A stretch of DNA of 64,000 nt. Origin: Bacteroidales bacterium (GTDB lineage: Bacteria > Bacteroidota > Bacteroidia > Bacteroidales > JAGONC01). The stretch spans positions 3,176-67,175 of the forward strand of contig JAQUQD010000006.1 in NCBI GenBank assembly GCA_028716265.1, read 5' to 3'. The stretch's first letter is position 1. Every line of letters begins with the position of its first letter. The notes under the pieces are model-generated. The model worked only from the letters and a program-made list of their open reading frames with translations. It ran no database searches and was not told the origin of the DNA. Made by a program: the position numbers and the translations under genes. Positions 15,985 through 25,697 of this stretch are shown here, piece by piece.

Positions 15985-16808
15985 GAAAAGCCCTTCTTAT
16001 AGGATCTTTTCTTTTCATGATTGCGCCGGGCCTGCCGGCGCAATCCATTGGTAGTTATCTGGGCGACGAGGCCATCCTCATGGCTCAGACCAAGCAGGTG
16101 AACCAGTTCTTTCGTCGTTTTAACTGTGAAGAAAGTCCCGACGGCAAACGGTATTACCCCGGTGACTCCCTCTTCAGGGACCCTGACCTTCGCAACAGGT
16201 ATATCTCCGTCCTCTTTGACAACCAGAATGCGAATATCACAGACCAGATCAAGCAGGATTTCATTCGAACGGTTAACGGCCGTGAAAATCCGACCTTTCT
16301 GGATTTTCACGGCGGCGAATGGTTTGCGGAGGTCACGACAAAATTCATTTACAGGGGCACCGAAATGCCACTGACCTTGTTTCTCCAGTTGCAGGAAGAA
16401 GAGGTCGGTTCGAAATGGGTGATCACCAATGTGTATTTCGAACCCTTCAGCAAACTTTTCTTTAATTCGGGACAGAACGGGATGAAATTCCTGCACCCGA
16501 TGAGCCATGAACTCGACTTTATGAACCTGATTCATGTCTTTAAAGACAAGAATGAAATTGAACTGTATACGTCGAGAGAATACCATCCTGATTTCCTCAC
16601 CCTGTTCATTTATGAGGTGAAAAATGGAAACCTGGCATTCAAAACGGTTCAACAGGTCAAGTTTCATTTCTTTCAGGTTCCCGACTGGTATTTCGAGCTG
16701 GTTGATTTCAACCGCCCGGCGGCGAACTCAGGATGGCTGATTGCCAATCTTTTGAAAATCAATACAGAGGAGAAGGAATTGATGTTAAAATTCATTTACC
16801 ATGAGTAG
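15981..16808 (+). CDS. Secreted protein of unknown function
   Basis: 275-aa ORF with an ATGA start/stop overlap with the upstream gene and a signal peptide (FLFMIAPGLPAQS). Confidence 0.7.
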   Translation: MRKALLIGSFLFMIAPGLPAQSIGSYLGDEAILMAQTKQVNQFFRRFNCEESPDGKRYYPGDSLFRDPDLRNRYISVLFDNQNANITDQIKQDFIRTVNGRENPTFLDFHGGEWFAEVTTKFIYRGTEMPLTLFLQLQEEEVGSKWVITNVYFEPFSKLFFNSGQNGMKFLHPMSHELDFMNLIHVFKDKNEIELYTSREYHPDFLTLFIYEVKNGNLAFKTVQQVKFHFFQVPDWYFELVDFNRPAANSGWLIANLLKINTEEKELMLKFIYHE

Positions 16809-19422
16809 ATCCCTACCCTTCCTCCCCGGTCTTGTCTTTGTTTGTCTCCTCAACACATTCCCTGTTTCCGGACAGGTCGGGACGCATGGCAAGGAGTCCG
16901 CTCAAACCACTGATCCTTACGCGGAGCAGATCCTGCAGATGGTTCACTTCGTTGAATCAGCCTTTAACATGCTGGGTGATACTACGGTCACCATGAGGGA
17001 AAAAGACATCATCATCAATGAAAGTTACCTCAAATTCTTTCGCGACGACAAGGTCCAGATTGAAGACGACCTGGACGAGAACCGTCAGGTAGTGACCAAT
17101 AAAAGTGTTCAGGCATACCTCAAGGATATCAACTTCTTCTTTACCTATGTGCATTTCACGTTCACAACAGAAGATGTCTCAAGGGAAATCAATGATGAAG
17201 GACTGGTGTATTACAAGGTGACGCTGAACAGGAATTTACAGGGCAGGACGATCGATGGCATTCCGGTCAACAGCACACAGGTCCGCTATCTGGAGGTTAA
17301 CCTTGATCCTGACCGGCAGGACCTGAAGATCGTAAGCATCTATACCACCAAATTGAGTGAGAAGGAAGACATGGCCAACTGGTGGTCGCATCTCCCATTA
17401 GGATGGAAACAATTTTTTGCCCGTCAGGTCACCCTGCCGGATTCTCTCCCGTTGAACCAGGTCCTACTGTTCAACGATACCATGGCCATCCTGCAATCAG
17501 ATCAGCCAGAACCAACATTTGACACACTTTACATGGATACGGCACCCCTGTACCAGTCTGTCCGTCAGATGTGGGCGCTCGAGACCGTAAATGTCAGCCG
17601 GGATCTGTCCATTCGTACACTGGACCCGTTGAAGAAACTGACACGCCTGATTACCCTTTCCATTTCTGAAACAAATGTGGATGATCTCACCCCCCTGCGA
17701 AGCCTGTCAAAACTGGAGGTGCTGGACTGCTCCCATACGCTGGTCCACTCCCTTGAGCCACTCCATTACTCTCTGAATTTAAAGGAACTGAACATCGAAG
17801 ATACCTGGGTTGAAGATATTGCCATCCTCGCCAGCTTTAAGAAGCTTGCGCTACTTAACGGCAGCTTCACCACCATCCGGCATCTGGAATCCCTGACAGG
17901 ACTTTCAGAGCTCAGGGAACTCAGGCTCAGTCACACGCTGGTCTCCCAGCTTGATCCCCTGCAAAAACTGACTCGGCTAGTTGTCCTGGATGTGTCGCAC
18001 ACCCCGGTGACATCTCTTGCCAGTCTTACTGACCTTAACGCAATGAAATACCTGAATATCGGGTACACACAGGTGGGTGATCTGGAGCCGTTAAACCAAA
18101 TGGCATCACTGCAGTTCATCTATATGGATTACACGCCCGTTGACGATCTGGATCCCCTGTTGAAGTTGCCTGAATTGAAACGGGTCTACTGTGATCATAG
18201 CAAGGTCACCGGCGAAAAGGCCAACGTTTTTATGGTCAGCAGGCCTGAGACCCTGGTCATTTACGAGACCGCTGAGCTGACCACCTGGTGGAACTCTCTG
18301 GATGAACACTGGAAAAAGATCCTTTCATCCGAGATCGGACTGGATTCCGTGCCCACAACGGAAAACCTTCATCAGATAACCCTCCTGCGGAAAATAGACG
18401 TTAAGGATGATACGCTCATCAGAACGCTGGATCCCCTGACTGCCCTGATCAACCTCGACGCGCTGAATATTTCCAATACGCCCGTCGTGCACCTCGATCC
18501 GCTGCGGAAAAGCCTGCATCTGAGGACACTGGATATTTCCAGCACGGCAGTCACCAGCCTGGAATCCATCCGGGACCTTCGCCTGCTGGAAAGGCTGTAC
18601 CTGGTAGGCACGGGGATCCCAGACCTTGAACCGCTCCGTCAGGCAGAAAATCTTGTCGTGCTGAACATTGAAAATACAGCGATCGCTTCCCTGGAACCCC
18701 TGGCTGATCTGGAGGAACTGGAAATCATCTGGGCCGACCAGTCAGGTCTGACACAGGAGGGGGTGAACGGATTTATGGATCAAAATCCCAGGTGCGAAGT
18801 CATCTACAGGTCGGTAGAACTGGAGGGCTGGTGGGCCGGCCTGCCGTCGGAATGGAAGACCATTTTTCTGGACGCACTGGAGCTGACCGATCCCCCGGGC
18901 AGGGAAGGACTGCATCAGGTGATGAACCTGGAAGAACTGAGCATTGAAAACAACCTGGTGATCAGCGATCTCGAACCGCTGAAAATGCTTTCGCGGCTGA
19001 AGGTGCTACAACTAAGTGAAACAAGGATTGCGGGGCTGGATCCCCTGAAGGGTGCTTCCCGCCTGGAAACCCTTGTCTGCAGGAAGAGCCCGCTGGCGGA
19101 AATCTCTTCCATCGCAGGGCTGACCTCCCTGAAACACCTTGACGTGTCCAGCACGCATGTGTCAGATTACTCGCTGCTGGCACTGCTGACCGGGATCGAA
19201 ACCATCAATGTTTCAGGAACGCCAATCAGGAATCTGAAATGGGTAAAGAGCCTCTCGAACCTGTCGCAGATCGAATTATACAACACCGGTATCAGCAGCC
19301 TGTCGGATCTGATAGGACTCCCTGCCCTGAAAATCGTCAAATGCTATAACACAAAGCTTAACGTAAAGAAGGTCGAAAAGTTCAAGTTCGCCATGCCGGA
19401 AGTCGATGTTGTTTTCTATTAA
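16801..19422 (+). CDS. Large exported leucine-rich-repeat protein, three LRR modules
   Basis: 873-aa ORF that overlaps the upstream gene by 8 nt and has a signal peptide. It has three blocks of 22-aa internalin-type repeats (LxxLxxLxLxxTxVxDLxPLxx). Each block is preceded by a WW-x-L-x2-WK linker (ANWWSHLPLGWKQFF, TTWWNSLDEHWKKIL, EGWWAGLPSEWKTIF). Confidence 0.85.
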   Translation: MSRSLPFLPGLVFVCLLNTFPVSGQVGTHGKESAQTTDPYAEQILQMVHFVESAFNMLGDTTVTMREKDIIINESYLKFFRDDKVQIEDDLDENRQVVTNKSVQAYLKDINFFFTYVHFTFTTEDVSREINDEGLVYYKVTLNRNLQGRTIDGIPVNSTQVRYLEVNLDPDRQDLKIVSIYTTKLSEKEDMANWWSHLPLGWKQFFARQVTLPDSLPLNQVLLFNDTMAILQSDQPEPTFDTLYMDTAPLYQSVRQMWALETVNVSRDLSIRTLDPLKKLTRLITLSISETNVDDLTPLRSLSKLEVLDCSHTLVHSLEPLHYSLNLKELNIEDTWVEDIAILASFKKLALLNGSFTTIRHLESLTGLSELRELRLSHTLVSQLDPLQKLTRLVVLDVSHTPVTSLASLTDLNAMKYLNIGYTQVGDLEPLNQMASLQFIYMDYTPVDDLDPLLKLPELKRVYCDHSKVTGEKANVFMVSRPETLVIYETAELTTWWNSLDEHWKKILSSEIGLDSVPTTENLHQITLLRKIDVKDDTLIRTLDPLTALINLDALNISNTPVVHLDPLRKSLHLRTLDISSTAVTSLESIRDLRLLERLYLVGTGIPDLEPLRQAENLVVLNIENTAIASLEPLADLEELEIIWADQSGLTQEGVNGFMDQNPRCEVIYRSVELEGWWAGLPSEWKTIFLDALELTDPPGREGLHQVMNLEELSIENNLVISDLEPLKMLSRLKVLQLSETRIAGLDPLKGASRLETLVCRKSPLAEISSIAGLTSLKHLDVSSTHVSDYSLLALLTGIETINVSGTPIRNLKWVKSLSNLSQIELYNTGISSLSDLIGLPALKIVKCYNTKLNVKKVEKFKFAMPEVDVVFY

Positions 19423-19432
19423 ACCTATTAGG

Positions 19433-20977
19433 ATGAGCCATCCATTCTTATTGACCAAAGTGATTGCAACCCTGGGGCCGGCCAGCGAGTCGCCCGGAAT
19501 GATCCGAAAACTGATCGAAGCGGGCGTGGATGCCTTCCGTCTGAACTTCTCCCACGGGACGATGGAGCTGCACGCCGAATTGCTCGACAGGGTAAGACAG
19601 GCAAGCAAGGAATTGGACATAGCTGTGGCTGTTATTGGGGACCTTTCCGGGCCCAAGATCCGCATCGGGGATGTGCCCGAAGGAGGGATCCTTCTCCATC
19701 CAGGAAAGAAGGTCGAGTTTGCCGGTGGGGCAGGCCAGACCGTTTGCCGGGAGGAAACCGACCGGATCGTATTGATCACGAATTATCCTGAATTCATCAA
19801 GGAAGTGATGCCGGGGCAACGCATCCTGCTGGATGATGGCGCTGTGGCACTGGAGTGCGAACAGAAGACCGGGTCCGGCACGAACAGGAAACTGGTGTGC
19901 AGGGTGTTGAATACCGGGCTCATCACTTCCCGCAAGGGCGTCAACCTGCCGGATACGGAACTTTCTGTTCAGGCCCTGACAGAAAAGGATCACCGGTTCA
20001 TTGAGTTTGCCGTAGCACACGAGCTCGACTTTCTGGCACTGAGCTTTGTCAGGACAGCCATGGACATACGCAGGTTAAAGGAACGGTTGAGGGAATTGAA
20101 GGCCAGACCTGAAAGGCCTGAGCTCACGGATCCCCGCCAGGATGCCTGGCAGAAAGCATTGCCCCGGACCGGACAGTTCATACCCGTTATCAGTAAGATC
20201 GAGAAGCCCCAGGCACTGGAGAACCTTGAAGAGATCCTGCAGGAGACCGACCTGGTGATGGTCGCTCGTGGCGACCTGGGAGTGGAGGTGGAACTGGCAG
20301 AAGTGGCGGTCCATCAGAAAAGGATCATCCACCTGTGTCACGAATACGGGGTGCCGGTGATCGTCGCCACGCAGATGCTGCAAAGCATGATCCAGTCTCC
20401 CTCACCCACGCGTGCCGAGGTTTCGGACGTGGCCAACGCCATCTTCGACGGGGCCGACATCGTTATGCTCTCCGGCGAAACAGCTGTCGGGACATACCCT
20501 CTGGAGGCAGTCAAAATGATGAACCGGATCACGGAGAAGACCAACGACTACCTGCGTTCCCACAGCACACCGCTCGCCCTGCCTCAACATTTCCGGCAGG
20601 GAACGAAGGAAAGTGCCGCTATAGCCCACGGCGTAAAAACCATCGTTGAAGACATCGAGATCAAAATGATCGTCACATGGACACACCTGGCCGAAAGCGT
20701 CGTTTACCTCTCCCAGTATCATATTCCGCTCCCCATCCTCGGATTCAGCAACCGGAGGGAAGACCTGAGAAAAATGGCGCTGCTTTACGGACTGATGCCC
20801 ATGTACATGGAACTGCCCAGGAGCGGCAGCCAGTTCATAAAACAAGTCGACCAGCTGCTCATCGAAAAGAAATGGGCCATGCCGGGTGATACCATCGTCT
20901 TTGTGCTGGGAGAACCCATCGGACGTGCCGGGATCTCCAACCGGCTGGTCATACATAACCTTGGGGAAAGCGAATAA
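19433..20977 (+). CDS. pyk: Pyruvate kinase
   Basis: TKVIATLGPAS, FRLNFSHG and MVARGDLGVE are present. The track ORF starts at 19406, but the internal MSHPF start at 19433 avoids overlap with the LRR gene. Confidence 0.9.
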   Translation: MSHPFLLTKVIATLGPASESPGMIRKLIEAGVDAFRLNFSHGTMELHAELLDRVRQASKELDIAVAVIGDLSGPKIRIGDVPEGGILLHPGKKVEFAGGAGQTVCREETDRIVLITNYPEFIKEVMPGQRILLDDGAVALECEQKTGSGTNRKLVCRVLNTGLITSRKGVNLPDTELSVQALTEKDHRFIEFAVAHELDFLALSFVRTAMDIRRLKERLRELKARPERPELTDPRQDAWQKALPRTGQFIPVISKIEKPQALENLEEILQETDLVMVARGDLGVEVELAEVAVHQKRIIHLCHEYGVPVIVATQMLQSMIQSPSPTRAEVSDVANAIFDGADIVMLSGETAVGTYPLEAVKMMNRITEKTNDYLRSHSTPLALPQHFRQGTKESAAIAHGVKTIVEDIEIKMIVTWTHLAESVVYLSQYHIPLPILGFSNRREDLRKMALLYGLMPMYMELPRSGSQFIKQVDQLLIEKKWAMPGDTIVFVLGEPIGRAGISNRLVIHNLGESE

Positions 20978-21021
20978 ATGAACTTATCGGAGTGTGTGCC
21001 CAAAAGTGACTCCCCACCGGT

Positions 21022-21567
21022 TCACAGCAGGTTGAACTTCTCAGGGTGCTTGCCATGCCGTCCACGGTAAAAGGCCTCGATCTGCCTGAAATCCTCATCA
21101 TAATTCCCCGACGGGGTCAGGACCGGCCCAAGTCCGCATATCTTCTCCTTATAATCCAGGAATCCAAGCACGATAGGTACCTTCGCCCGCAGTGCGATGA
21201 AATAATACCCCTTTTTCCAACTGGTCACCAACGCACGGGTACCTTCCGGTGTAATGGTGATGTACAGTGACTTGTACTGGTGGAACAGGTCTGCAACCTG
21301 CTCCACCATATGATTGCTCTTCGAACGATCGATGGGGATGCCACCCAGCCACCGGAGCAACGGGCCCAACCCGTGCGCAAAAGCCTCCTTTTTGATCAGG
21401 AACTTGACACGGATGCCGATCACCGTAAAGGCAAGCCGTCCCCAGACAAAATCCCACATGCTGGTGTGCGGCGCCACGATCACGACGCATTTCCTGATCC
21501 CGGGAGGCAGCCCCCCTACAACGTTCCAGCCGTTCAGACGAAGGATCAGGTTTGAAAGGTACTTCAT
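21022..21567 (-). CDS. Lysophospholipid (1-acyl-sn-glycerol-3-phosphate) acyltransferase family
   Basis: 181-aa ORF with the HX4D motif HTSMWD and a downstream ITPEGTR block. Confidence 0.8.
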   Translation of the reverse strand: MKYLSNLILRLNGWNVVGGLPPGIRKCVVIVAPHTSMWDFVWGRLAFTVIGIRVKFLIKKEAFAHGLGPLLRWLGGIPIDRSKSNHMVEQVADLFHQYKSLYITITPEGTRALVTSWKKGYYFIALRAKVPIVLGFLDYKEKICGLGPVLTPSGNYDEDFRQIEAFYRGRHGKHPEKFNLL

Positions 21568-21578
21568 GACTGGGTAGT

Positions 21579-21611
21579 GTTAAATTGTCAAATTGTTAAA
21601 TTGTTAAAATG
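21579..21611. repeat. ACAATTTR octamer array (reads on the minus strand), 10 nt upstream of ATG 21567
   Basis: The minus strand reads cattttaacaatttaacaatttgacaatttaacac. It contains the 19-mer ACAATTTGACAATTTAACA shared with 30020-30038 and 36992-37010. Confidence 0.7.
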
Positions 21612-22542
21612 TCATATCGCCGGATAAGAGACGGGTAGCAAAGTCGGGGGATATGAAGTTCGACGATTCGCCGCACACATGCGTGGCAAAAGCAATGGCT
21701 GTGTCGATCAGCTTGTCCCATTCGTCCCCAGGCAGTTCATGCAGATCCTTCCGTGAAATGCCCCTTCGGACCATCCCGAAGATCAACCCCGCGTTGAAAT
21801 TATCTCCGGCCCCAATGGTACTGACCGTCCGAACCGCAGGCACCGCATAGGATCGCTGGATCATGTCAGTGAACAGAAAGACTTCCTTTTCTCCCCTGGT
21901 CAGGATCAACATCTTTCCCCCCGATGCGTTGACCTGCTGATAGATCCTATCGGGATCAACAGTCTGTAAAATATTTCCAAAGTCTTCATCGGATCCCCTG
22001 ATCACATCAGCCATCTGTAAATTTTCGAGAATGAAAGGCATGACGGAATTCAGTTCACCAAGGTGAGGCTTTCTGAAATTGGGATCATAAATGAGGATGC
22101 TGTTCCTCCTCCTGACAGCATTGATCAGGCGCACTATCCTGGTGCGGTTCTCCGCTTTCAGCGAATAGAACGATCCGAACAGGAGAACATCATCCTGTTC
22201 AAACACGGGCTCCTTCCATTCAGGGTTATCCTGCTGAACGCTCCTGTAGAACGTATAATGTGCATCATTGTTCGCGTCAAGGAAAGCAAAGGCGATGCGA
22301 ACCTGTCCCTTATACCTGGAAATGAATTCAGTGGAAACATGATTCGCCTGCAGGAACGAACAAATGTATTCTCCCACCGGATCATCGCTACACTCCGACA
22401 CTATGTAAACAGGTATCTCTGCCCTGCCCAGCGAGACAGCTGAATTCAGCTTGGATCCCCCTGGACTGAGAAACAAGACGTCATCACCCCTGAAGGCCAC
22501 ATCAAGGATACACTCGCCCGTTGTATAGATTTTTCGGTTCAT
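21604..22542 (-). CDS. PfkB-family carbohydrate kinase (fructokinase/ribokinase-like)
   Basis: 312-aa ORF with the C-terminal PfkB signature VSTIGAGDNFNAG. Confidence 0.85.
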   Translation of the reverse strand: MNRKIYTTGECILDVAFRGDDVLFLSPGGSKLNSAVSLGRAEIPVYIVSECSDDPVGEYICSFLQANHVSTEFISRYKGQVRIAFAFLDANNDAHYTFYRSVQQDNPEWKEPVFEQDDVLLFGSFYSLKAENRTRIVRLINAVRRRNSILIYDPNFRKPHLGELNSVMPFILENLQMADVIRGSDEDFGNILQTVDPDRIYQQVNASGGKMLILTRGEKEVFLFTDMIQRSYAVPAVRTVSTIGAGDNFNAGLIFGMVRRGISRKDLHELPGDEWDKLIDTAIAFATHVCGESSNFISPDFATRLLSGDMTF

Positions 22543-22568
22543 CCCGCGCTTAACCCAGGGCCGGCCTA

Positions 22569-24272
22569 TCAGAAATCAATTTCCAGCCCGAGCTGATCTT
22601 TGAATTTGATAAGATCCGGGTTTTTACCGGCCAACTGCTTGTATTTCTCATGTGGAGTATATGGCTTTTGTTCGGTCGAATTGGCCGATATGATGGTCTT
22701 GAGCTGAATCTGGTCATTTTTCAGCTGAGTCCGCAAAAAACCCATCATTTCCTGTTTCTTGTCATTAAGTTCATCTTCCTGGACCTTGTTTTCGATGGTC
22801 AGCTCAATGGTATGATCCTTCTGGAGTTCAGGCTTTCTTTTGGTAAGGGTGCTGTAAAAATTGGGAAGCTTGCCTTTGATCGTTTCGGCATAGTTGGTCC
22901 AGGCTTCCTCAAGCTGAACCTGATCGAATGGTTCCTCTTTTTTTGCATTGAGGTATACAGGTTGATTGCCCGAATCATCAGCTGTCTTTTTGGGAGCAGT
23001 TTTTTCCTTGATGGATACCCCGGAGCCGGGTTTTGAGTTCTTTTCATGATTCACGCCAACGACGGGTTTTGCCTGTGCCGGCCTGGATTCGATTAGCTTT
23101 CCAGGGGCGGGCTCCAGGATTTCGTTCCCCTCCTCCCCTTTTACAGGTACCCCGGCGGATCGCGCGTACCGTGAGTATTCCGCCGACAGGGCACACATCT
23201 GCATCAGCGCAATTTCCAGGTGGAGCCGCTTATGATTGCTGACCTTATAGTTCAGGTCACATTTATTACTGATATCCAATGCTTTGACTAACAGATCAAC
23301 AGGGCACTGCCTGGATTGGCTGATGTAGGTGTTCCGGATCCCTTCGCCTGTTTCCAGCAACTTTGCCGTTGAGGGATCCTTACAGATCAGCAGGTTGCGG
23401 AGATGTTCACCCAAACCGATGAGGAAATGTTGTCCGTCAAATCCATTATCGAGTATTTCGTTCAGGATCAGGAGGGATTTATGGATATCCGCTTGGAGCA
23501 AGCAATCCACCATTTTGAAATAGTAGTCAAAGTCCAGCACATTCAGGTTGCTGATCACCATTTCATACGTAAGCTGGCTGCCTGAGAAGCTGACAATCTG
23601 GTCGAACATCGAGAGCGCATCGCGCATGGCGCCGTCTGCTTTCTGGGCGATGATCCGAAGAGCGTCGGGGTCGGCCGTTATGTTCTCGCTCCTGGCAACG
23701 CTGAGGAGCTGGCGGGTAATGTCTTCAACGGAAATGCGTTTGAAATCGTAGATCTGGCACCTGGAAAGGATCGTCGGAATGATCTTGTGTTTCTCCGTAG
23801 TGGCAAGGATGAATTTGGCATACGCCGGAGGTTCCTCCAGGGTCTTGAGAAAGGCGTTGAAGGCCTGTTGGGAAAGCATGTGGACCTCATCAATAATGTA
23901 TACCTTGTATTTCCCGACCTGGGGAGGGATGCGGACCTGGTCCACAAGATTCCGGATGTCGTCCACCGAGTTGTTGGAGGCAGCGTCGAGTTCATGGATG
24001 TTGAAGGATGCGGAGGTGTTGAACGAAAGACATGACTCACATGCATCACAGGGAACGATGTCACTGGAAAGATGAAAGCAATTGATCGTTTTGGCCAGGA
24101 TCCTGGCACAGGTGGTTTTGCCGATGCCCCGCGGACCGCAAAACAGGAATGCCTGGGCAAGCTGGTTGTTACGGATAGCATTCTTAAGGGTTGTGGTAAT
24201 GGCCTGCTGGCCGATGACCGTGTCAAATGTCTGAGGCCTGTATTTGCGCGCAGAGACAATAAAATTATCCAT
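22569..24272 (-). CDS. dnaX: DNA polymerase III subunits gamma/tau
   Basis: ARKYRPQTFDTVIGQ, Walker A GPRGIGKTT, a Zn module CDACESC and IIDEVHMLS are present. The start is taken at MDNFIV (24272); the track ORF extends to 24305. Confidence 0.9.
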   Translation of the reverse strand: MDNFIVSARKYRPQTFDTVIGQQAITTTLKNAIRNNQLAQAFLFCGPRGIGKTTCARILAKTINCFHLSSDIVPCDACESCLSFNTSASFNIHELDAASNNSVDDIRNLVDQVRIPPQVGKYKVYIIDEVHMLSQQAFNAFLKTLEEPPAYAKFILATTEKHKIIPTILSRCQIYDFKRISVEDITRQLLSVARSENITADPDALRIIAQKADGAMRDALSMFDQIVSFSGSQLTYEMVISNLNVLDFDYYFKMVDCLLQADIHKSLLILNEILDNGFDGQHFLIGLGEHLRNLLICKDPSTAKLLETGEGIRNTYISQSRQCPVDLLVKALDISNKCDLNYKVSNHKRLHLEIALMQMCALSAEYSRYARSAGVPVKGEEGNEILEPAPGKLIESRPAQAKPVVGVNHEKNSKPGSGVSIKEKTAPKKTADDSGNQPVYLNAKKEEPFDQVQLEEAWTNYAETIKGKLPNFYSTLTKRKPELQKDHTIELTIENKVQEDELNDKKQEMMGFLRTQLKNDQIQLKTIISANSTEQKPYTPHEKYKQLAGKNPDLIKFKDQLGLEIDF

Positions 24273-24375
24273 CAGGTGTTTTTTTAGGGATCGATTACCT
24301 TTCAAAAATAGTTATTTTTGATTACCTTGTCCCGTTTATTTTTTAACAGGACGATCTCATCAGCATTAGCAGTTC

Positions 24376-25686
24376 ATGTTGCTCATACACATACGCAAAC
24401 CATCCAACCGGGTCCAATACATTTTTCATCTGATCGTTCATGATCTGCTGGGGATGGATTACGACCTTGTGTCTGACGCCGATCACTTCCTTGCCTTCCA
24501 GGGGCCAAAACTATCCTATGGGGCCCAACCCCTGGCGGATGAGATGTTTCAGCAGGCCTCAGGCCTTCTGTTTGAGACCGGAACCGATGCAGGAGAGCCG
24601 GAGATCCTTGAAACATCAGGTTCCGGGTTAATATTCCCGGTCACCCATCCGGCTTCTGCATTTCCGTTTGACCTGTTCTCCGCCAGCTTCTACCTGGTCT
24701 CCCGTTATGAGGAATACGGTCCGGGACGAAGGGACCAGCACGGTCGTTTCATGCCCGGACAAAGCATCGCCACCCGGTTGGGCTTTCTCGGAAAACCTGT
24801 GGTGAACCGATGGGCGCTTGACTTTGCGGAGGCGCTCAGGAGACGCTTTCCCGGACTACCTTCCCCGGATCAAAAATTCACCTTCCAGCCAACCATAGAT
24901 ATTGATTCAGCCTACGCTTACCGGTTCAAAGGCCCCCTGAGAACCATCGGGGGAATTGCATCTGACATGGCCCATGGAAATCTGAAAGACGCCAGGCAAC
25001 GCTTCAGGGTGCTCTACGGACGGGAGAGGGATCCGTTCGATACGTTTGACTATATTTCAACCCTGCATGGGAAATATCATCTGCGGCCTGTGTTTTTTAT
25101 CCTGCTGGGGAATTATGGGCCCAATGACAAGAATCTTTCCTTTACCAATCCCCGATTCAGGGAGCTTGTCAGAAAGCTTGCAAAAGAACACGAGGTGGGT
25201 ATACATCCCTCCTATGCATCCTATGCTTCACCGGAAAGGATGAGGAAGGAGATCGCCCGGTTGGCCGACATCATCGGAAGGGAAGTCACCTGCAGCCGCC
25301 AGCACTTCCTGCGGTTCACCCTGCCGCAGACGTTCAGGGATCTCGCCAGCATAGGTATCAGACATGAATTTTCGATGGGTTACGCCCAGGAGACAGGCTT
25401 CAGGGCTGGTATCTGCACGCCATATCCATTCTTCGACCTTCATGAGAACGAAACGACTGATCTGATGATCCACCCTTTTGAAGTGATGGACGGTACATTG
25501 ACCGACTATAAGAACTACACCCCGGTGCAGGCGACCTCCGTGATCAATGACCTCATCCGCGGAGTAAAAGAGGTGAACGGTACGTTGATCAGCATCTGGC
25601 ACAATGAATCATTGAGTGATCAAAAAAGGTGGAATGGATGGAGAAACATCTACGAACGTCTGGTGCAGGAGGCTGTAAATGAATGA
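24376..25686 (+). CDS. Polysaccharide-deacetylase-like family protein (uncharacterised Bacteroidota family)
   Basis: 436-aa ORF with the conserved N-terminus NRVQYIFHLI. The C-terminal half carries HPSY...SRQHFLRF...GYAQETGFRAG, reminiscent of NodB-type deacetylase folds. The functional call is tentative. Confidence 0.7.
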   Translation: MLLIHIRKPSNRVQYIFHLIVHDLLGMDYDLVSDADHFLAFQGPKLSYGAQPLADEMFQQASGLLFETGTDAGEPEILETSGSGLIFPVTHPASAFPFDLFSASFYLVSRYEEYGPGRRDQHGRFMPGQSIATRLGFLGKPVVNRWALDFAEALRRRFPGLPSPDQKFTFQPTIDIDSAYAYRFKGPLRTIGGIASDMAHGNLKDARQRFRVLYGRERDPFDTFDYISTLHGKYHLRPVFFILLGNYGPNDKNLSFTNPRFRELVRKLAKEHEVGIHPSYASYASPERMRKEIARLADIIGREVTCSRQHFLRFTLPQTFRDLASIGIRHEFSMGYAQETGFRAGICTPYPFFDLHENETTDLMIHPFEVMDGTLTDYKNYTPVQATSVINDLIRGVKEVNGTLISIWHNESLSDQKRWNGWRNIYERLVQEAVNE

Positions 25687-25697
25687 TTTGCGCCGTT

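Noticed and set aside
19406-19432. N-terminal extensions of track ORFs: pyk 19406, wtpC 31826, ggt 35147, araD 40138, dnaX 24305, pruA 28825
   Set aside because: The extensions overlap upstream genes or encode non-homologous sequence. Internal Met codons coincide with the conserved family N-termini, so the shorter starts were used.
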